This document shows positions 56,391 to 64,000 of a stretch of DNA of 64,000 nt, one piece after another. The notes beneath the pieces were generated by a model. That model did not search any database, was not told the origin of the DNA, and saw nothing but the letters and a program-made list of their open reading frames with translations. This DNA is from Eledone cirrhosa (Eukaryota). Positions within the stretch are counted from its first letter, which is position 1. Each line of letters opens with the position of its first letter. Position numbers and translations under genes: made by a program. The DNA is taken from contig OZ024741.1 in assembly GCA_964016885.1 (NCBI GenBank), positions 383,842,001 to 383,906,000 on the forward strand, in the 5' to 3' direction.

Positions 56391-57919
56391 GTGCGTATTT
56401 ATGTAACACACACACATATATATATATATATTGTACGCATGTATGTTGCATACAAAAGCCTCCAACACATTGCTTTATTGTAAACCTCGATGTCCATCCC
56501 CACTTACACCTTTAAACGATTGGCGGGTAAACTAACTTCTCGGGGAGCTGATGTGCTGTTGTCACCTATTTTTCAGAGTTTGTTAAAATAGCTATAATTT
56601 TTTTTTTCTGATTGTTGGCTATTTTTAAAGAAGAGGAGGCTTTTAATTGAAAAGAGTAGAATACGTAAGCTCTCTCTTTCACTCCTCTCCTTCTAGTTTT
56701 CATTCTACCTTTCTATATCTCCACATCTATCACAGAAGCTTTCTTTCCTTTTTATCCTCATATATATATGTTCAATTTTTCATTATATATATATATATAT
56801 ATATATATATGCTGTCATGAAAACACTTCAATAAGGATGCCCAACATTTGAGTAAACTTTGTCTTCATCTCTTATCTCTCTCTTCCCATCTCTCTCTTTC
56901 TCTCTCCCTCTCTCTATCTCCATCTCTCTCTCTCTCTTATATATATATACATTTTTTTCCCTCCAACACTTACTCTCTTTCTTCTCCTATAATGATCGCT
57001 TCTCCCATTGTGCATCCCCAATTCTTTCCCTCAATTTATCTCTCATGTTTGTCGCCGTCTACCTTCCGTCTTCTTCTCTCATTCACACACACACACGCTC
57101 ACACACACACATACGCCCCCCCCCCCCCGACACACACACACATACACTCACACGCTCGCTGACCTGCACTTTATTTTCCCCACCTTTTTCTCTTCCTAAT
57201 CACATCCTTCCTCTGCTCACTTTATTCTACTTTCAATCCCCTTTTCCTCCGTTGTATCTCCGCCAGCTTCTTGAAGGGTGTAGGGTTTGTGTTTCTACAA
57301 CTGACCCTTTATAATAATTCAAGTCATGAAACTGCACCCAGCATTGTAGTTGCGTATTCCATTCAATACATTTGCTCTTTTCCCTTTATTATAATTCTCA
57401 CAGCCGTCAGAAACTAATAATAATTCTATTTAGTCATTCCCATAGTGTGAGGATAACAATAGCTAAGAATACTCTTTCATAGTATCTTAACTCTTAACAA
57501 CCTTTTATAATTTAGTAGAAAATATTTTTTTAATGGATTTGTTAATTCAAATGATTATAATATATTCATTAGTGGACAGATCGTTGTGGAAATTTACAAT
57601 ATATTTAAAAACTGATCTTTTAATGTCTTGCTAATGTGGTTTCATATGGTAACTTGTCTCTGCTTGCGCGATAAAAAAAATGAGACGTTGTGTGCGTGTG
57701 TTTGACTATTAGAAGAGGGAGTGAGACAAGGTGAAATTTTTCTTTCTAGTTTACATCGAATCTGTCATTTTGCTGCCAGCTATCACCTTTGTGTTACAAT
57801 AGAATTGTTATATTGTGTGTATTATGTACTTAAATGTTATCTCTTTACGCATACATAGATACATACACACATACACACATACATACATACATACATACAT
57901 ACATACATACATACATACA

Positions 57920-57948
<29 letters not shown>

Positions 57949-57950
<2 letters not shown>

Positions 57951-58140
57951 TTATACCTGTGATTATTGGGGCACTGGGATATGTTAGTAACTGCCTCAAT
58001 GCAAATCTTGCTGGGCTTCACAGAAACAGAAAGTTAGGAAGTTAGGAAATTACAATTACAATCCATGGAACAGTAAAAGTATGTAAAACATTCCAAAAAT
58101 TCTGCATCTAATAACTGCATGTACACATGTACAGATACAT
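57949..58140 (+). mobile_element. Severely 5'-truncated copy of the R4/Dong element directly after (CATA)n
   Basis: Matches 1813-2012 (attattggggcactgggatatgttagtaactgcctcaat...aaacattccaaaaatt.tgcatcta). Confidence 0.9.
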
Positions 58141-58150
58141 GTGTACATGT

Positions 58151-58245
<95 letters not shown>

Positions 58246-58653
58246 CATACACTCACACACATGCATACATACATATATATATACATACATACATACATAC
58301 ATATATGCACTGTGTGTTGTCCATATAATTCTAGTTATAATGTTTCACGTATTTATCTCCTTTCATCGAAAGACCCGTAAAATCTTGTATTTGTTTTGTT
58401 ATCGTCTCACATGTATCTCACCATATAGCAGGCTCTTATCTATTATGTAAATTGGCATCTCAAGGACAGTAACATCTTAGTTCACGAAACTGCACTGCCA
58501 ACAAAGTGGCTGACGAAGTAACGTTGTATATTGCTGTTCGTTCGTGTTATGTGCATTTTCTGCTAATTGTACATATCTATATATATGGCTAACTGATCAC
58601 ACACTTTTCTCCCTCCAAGTTCCTTTTCTCCGCTTCTTCCTCTTTTCATTCTA

Positions 58654-58689
58654 TCTTTTGATGAAGAACTAGCGTCCGAAACGTTAAGA
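58654..58689 (+). ncRNA. Degenerate minimal hammerhead motif; inverted partner at 58985-59021 (-)
   Basis: UCUU-UUGAUGA-A-GAAC(UAGC)GUCC-GAAA-CG-UU-AAGA. The partner reads CCGAUGA..UCC-GAAA-CG-UU-AAGA. Confidence 0.45.
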
Positions 58690-58815
58690 CTCTTTTCCTA
58701 TTATATCAATCGTTAAACTAATATATATATATATTCATTCTTCGATTTTACTCTATCATTTTGTTGTATTGTTTACCCGTTTACTTTTCGCATATATATA
58801 TATATGTATGTGTGC

Positions 58816-58884
<69 letters not shown>

Positions 58885-59131
58885 TGTGTATGTGTGTGTA
58901 AAAGAGTAACAAAAATAACAACAGAAACAGGACAGTATATGGAAGGAATATATTAGTTTAACGCTTGAAATAGTAGGAAGAGGGTCTTAACGTTTCGGAT
59001 TCTAGTCTTTCATCGGAAAAAGAATGAGAAATTAGAAAGGTAGAGGGGACAGGCAGTGCAGTGCAGAATCAGAAAAACTTGTATGCATATATACACATAC
59101 ATGCACCTGGTTAATTACATAGATGTTTGTA

Positions 59132-59172
<41 letters not shown>

Positions 59173-59950
59173 ACATACTTATGTATGGGAGTTGTTAACA
59201 ATATTCAATGAATTAGCAGATACTTTATAACGTAGGACAAAAGCATTGCATTATTTGGTGCGGTTCTTTGCACCAGATTTCGAGTACCACCAAGGGTCGA
59301 CTAGATAAGTAGTGGTATCGATTTATATTCCTATAATGAATGGTAGATATAAACTGAATTACAATAGAGGAAAGAAGATACACCAGTCCATCCATACGCT
59401 GTAGTCAGAGCTGAACTGGCCAAAATGGACATTTAGGCAATGCTCGGTGGGCCGCTAATAAATAGCTGAAAAAATATAATGAAAACTGAAGTCATACTTG
59501 TAGCACACAGATTAAAACGAAAATAGAAGGCATCTTAGCTGGGTAGTGAAAACACGCCTTTGATTCTCAGCGTCAGTAATATTTTAGTATACTGAATGGT
59601 TTTAAACACAGTTCGCTTCTGGCTGTAGTTGCTACGTTGTATGAAGCCTTCTATTGATAAAAAAAAACATAAGATTCGTTGGCTCTCTATGAACCTTGCT
59701 TAGAAATATGCGCCATCATTTTTATATTCATTTTAGATTTACAAGATAAAAAAGTATTTCTCGTTATTTAGACCATAATCAGACCTGACCGAGCTACCCT
59801 ATGACGAAAGCCGTTCCAAAAGTGATCAACCTGTCTATTTCGAAGTTATAATATATTTAGGATAACATTATCTAATGTGTCATTCCCTTTTACACCTTTT
59901 TAAGCAGTAGGGTGTGGTTGAGGGAGTTAGCTACTATTTTTAGCAGACGC

Positions 59951-60007
<57 letters not shown>

Positions 60008-60011
60008 TGTT

Positions 60012-60048
<37 letters not shown>

Positions 60049-60968
60049 AGACGAAAACATTTTAAATGTCTTTCCGCGTTATCAAACCTGAAAACTTGAG
60101 AAACATAAATACCCATTCATTCATCTTTATTTACTATAAATATTATTTCTTCCCTCTTTCTCTGTTTCTCTGCATCCCCTTCTCCCCCTCCCATTCTCCA
60201 TCCCCCCCCTATCTATCTATCTATCTATCTATCTATTTATCTTATCAATCCTTATAATGGATGAATTTCCGAGAGGTCTGGCGTGATGACCACATTTAAA
60301 AAAGTATTCAATACACTGACAAATATAGACATCTTTATTTTATATAGAAATGACTACTACGGGACTAGAACTGGTTTCTTTCATTCGTATTAAAATCATC
60401 AGGAAATTTTGTGTGACTTTCTCATGATTTTATGTAAATGAAATCATTTCTTTCAATCGCTCCTATCTATATTGTCTCTGTCTATCGTTGTTGTTGTTTT
60501 TACCTTTCCATTGCTCCTTATCTATGAAGTGACTTCCCACTTCTGAGACAGTTTCTAGACACCTTTTGAATTTCAAGTTACTGTTAAACATATCTTGATG
60601 CAGAAGCTCAACGAGTGCATTCCTATTGTACACACAAACGCACGCACGCAAACACACACACACATACACACACGCACGCACACAAAAACACACACACATA
60701 CACACTGAAGCACGCACGCAAACACACAAACACACACTCATACACACACACACACACATACAAAGAGACAGTAACTTAGACATACCACACCCACGTAATT
60801 TTTTACTCTTAGCTTACGCATACACTCAGCAACTGACACACAGACACATTCAATAACATACAATCGCACATAAACACACACACACACTCAGTTACAGGCA
60901 TCGATACATATCCAATAACTTACACACAGATACACTGAATAACTTGTACGTAACACGCACACACAAAT

Positions 60969-61186
60969 AATTGTTTCTACTTTTAGCACAAGGCCAGCAA
61001 ATACCAGTGTATTACTGGTACTTTATTTTATCGACCCTGTAAGGATGAAAGGCAAAGTTAACCTCGGCGGGATTTGAACTCAGACCATAAAGGGCCGTAA
61101 ACTCTTTGGTGCAAAGCATTACAACACTTTATAGTCTGAGTTCAAATCCCGCCGAGGTTAACTCGGCGGGATTTGAACTCAGACCA
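60969..61186 (-). mobile_element. SINE family A copy with local fold-back rearrangement
   Basis: SINE body followed by gtctgagttcaaatcccgccgag-gttaa-ctcggcgggatttgaactcagac. Confidence 0.8.
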
Positions 61187-61244
61187 AGGCACGCACAAAT
61201 AATACAATAAATAGAGATTGTACATTTAAAACCGTCTCTCTTCT

Positions 61245-61313
<69 letters not shown>

Positions 61314-61447
61314 AGAAGCAGAAAATTGCTTTTTGTGATCCAGTTCGTGGTTAAGAAAGCCAGTTTCATGGACGATGTCAACGTACGGTTAGGGGTAACT
61401 CCACAAGTTTGTAAGAATTCCGTTCAATCTTGGAGTATAAAGTATAA

Positions 61448-61716
61448 AAGAGAAAACACAGGTAAGCATTAAGAGAAGGATTTTATCCAGGTATTTACGA
61501 CCGTTTCATTGGTAAGTGCAACCTTATATTGCTATATTGCAAATAGCAGCCACTCAATTATAATTGGTGATCACAGTTCAATTTTCAAAATAGTGAACAA
61601 CAATTATAATGAGTGGCTGCTATTTGCAGTATAGCAATATAAGGTTGCACTTACCAATGAAACGGTCGTAAATACCTGGATAAAATCCTTCTCTTAATGC
61701 TTACCTGTGTTTTCTC

Positions 61717-61718
<2 letters not shown>
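61448..61718. repeat. About 270-bp palindrome abutting (TA)n; partial third terminus at 61916-61962
   Basis: Arms 61448-61565 and 61600-61718 are reverse complementary. Confidence 0.9.
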
Positions 61719-61719
<1 letters not shown>

Positions 61720-61781
<62 letters not shown>

Positions 61782-61857
61782 TTATATATATATGATATAT
61801 ATATATTATATATTTATAATATATATATATATATATATTTATAATATATATATATAT

Positions 61858-61918
<61 letters not shown>

Positions 61919-61965
61919 AGAAAACACAGGTAAGCATTAAGAGAAGGATTCTATCCAGGTATTAG

Positions 61966-62023
<58 letters not shown>

Positions 62024-62121
62024 ATATTATATATATATATTATATATATATATATTATAAATATATATATATAATATATATATATTATAAATATATATAT
62101 ATAATATATATAAATATATGT

Positions 62122-62166
<45 letters not shown>

Positions 62167-62292
62167 TATATATATATAATATATATATATATATACTATA
62201 TATATATATATACTATATATATATATATATATTATATATATATAATATATATATATTATATATAATATATATTATATATATATTTATAATAT

Positions 62293-62345
<53 letters not shown>

Positions 62346-62366
62346 ATATATATATATAATATATAT

Positions 62367-62399
<33 letters not shown>

Positions 62400-62441
62400 T
62401 TATAATATATATATATATAATATAAATATATATATATATAC

Positions 62442-62485
<44 letters not shown>

Positions 62486-62660
62486 TTATAATATTATATA
62501 TATATTTATAATATATATATATATAATATATATTATATATATATATATATATATAATATATATATATATGTATAATATATATATATGTATAATATATATA
62601 TATATATAATATATATAATATATATATATATATAATATATATAATATATATATATATATA

Positions 62661-62711
<51 letters not shown>

Positions 62712-63041
62712 TATATATATAATATATATATATAATATATATTTATATATATAATATATATATATTATATATATAATATATATATATAATATATATTTAT
62801 ATATATAATATATATATTTATATATATAATATATATATATAATATATAATATATATATATAATATATATAGAATATATATATATATAATATATATAATAG
62901 AGGAAGACCAAGGTTAACGTATGTTGATGCCCTAAGTACAGACACTGGTCTGTTGGAGACGCAGGACATGGCAGCGATAATGAATGACAGAGACCGCTGG
63001 AGAGAACTCGTCCATGGATCTCGAAATTTTACCCGCCTTAG

Positions 63042-63083
<42 letters not shown>

Positions 63084-63146
63084 ATATATATATATAAGTA
63101 TGTATGTATACGTACATACATATATGTATACAGACGTACAGTAGCA

Positions 63147-63218
<72 letters not shown>

Positions 63219-63331
63219 CATAATACATACAGGTACACATACATATATGCACGCATCACTTTAGCGGACGCTTATTATAAGTAAGTACCATACTAAGAGT
63301 GAGAAATGAATTTCGTTTTCATTTTTTTCAA

Positions 63332-63375
<44 letters not shown>

Positions 63376-63383
63376 GAATATAT

Positions 63384-63419
<36 letters not shown>

Positions 63420-63639
63420 ATATATTCTATATATATATATATATTATATATATATATATATATAGAATATATATTCTATATATATATATATATAATATAT
63501 ATATATAGAATATATATATAGAATATATATATATATAGAATATATATATATATAGAATATATATATATATATAGAATATATATATATAGAATATATATAT
63601 ATATAGAATATATATATATATAGAATATATATATATATA

Positions 63640-63676
<37 letters not shown>

Positions 63677-63701
63677 TATATATATATAGAATATATATAT
63701 A

Positions 63702-63740
<39 letters not shown>

Positions 63741-63753
63741 ATATATATATATA

Positions 63754-63788
<35 letters not shown>

Positions 63789-64000
63789 ATATATATATAT
63801 TCTATATATATATATATATATAGAATATATATATATATTCTTATATATATATATTATATATATAGTATATATATATATATTATATATAGAGAATATATAT
63901 ATATATATAGATATATATAGAATATATATATATATATAAAATATATATATATATATATATATATAGAATATATATATATATATATATATAGAATATATAT
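61720..64000. repeat. Long compound (TA)n field with tataa and tagaa variants
   Basis: Direct read. Confidence 0.95.
62899..63040 (+). mobile_element. RTE-clade LINE 3' fragment in (TA)n
   Basis: [38 protein letters not shown]. Confidence 0.75.

Overview
Eukaryotic, AT-rich, microsatellite-dense DNA. The SINE and LINE repertoire and the (TA)n/(CA)n/(GA)n density suggest a cephalopod (octopus-like) genome, which is an inference. Most ORFs in the track are microsatellite artefacts. Recognisable elements are decayed non-LTR retrotransposons of several clades (R4/Dong-like, Ingi/I-like with RNase H, CR1, CRE, RTE, Tx1-like), many tRNA-derived SINE copies, a hAT MITE, a Tc1/mariner MITE, purine-rich minisatellites, and one probable host exon encoding a signal peptide (45447-45522). 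The main finding is a dispersed set of short non-coding elements in or next to (TA)n tracts that carry minimal type I hammerhead ribozyme folds. There are about 11 motif copies including mirror copies. They show stem II covariation and a compensatory U3-A8 core variant. Most are followed by AATAAA and a conserved terminus, and several are folded into 250-530 bp palindromes. This fits non-autonomous Penelope-like or retrozyme-like elements targeting (TA)n. All structures were read by eye and boundaries are approximate.
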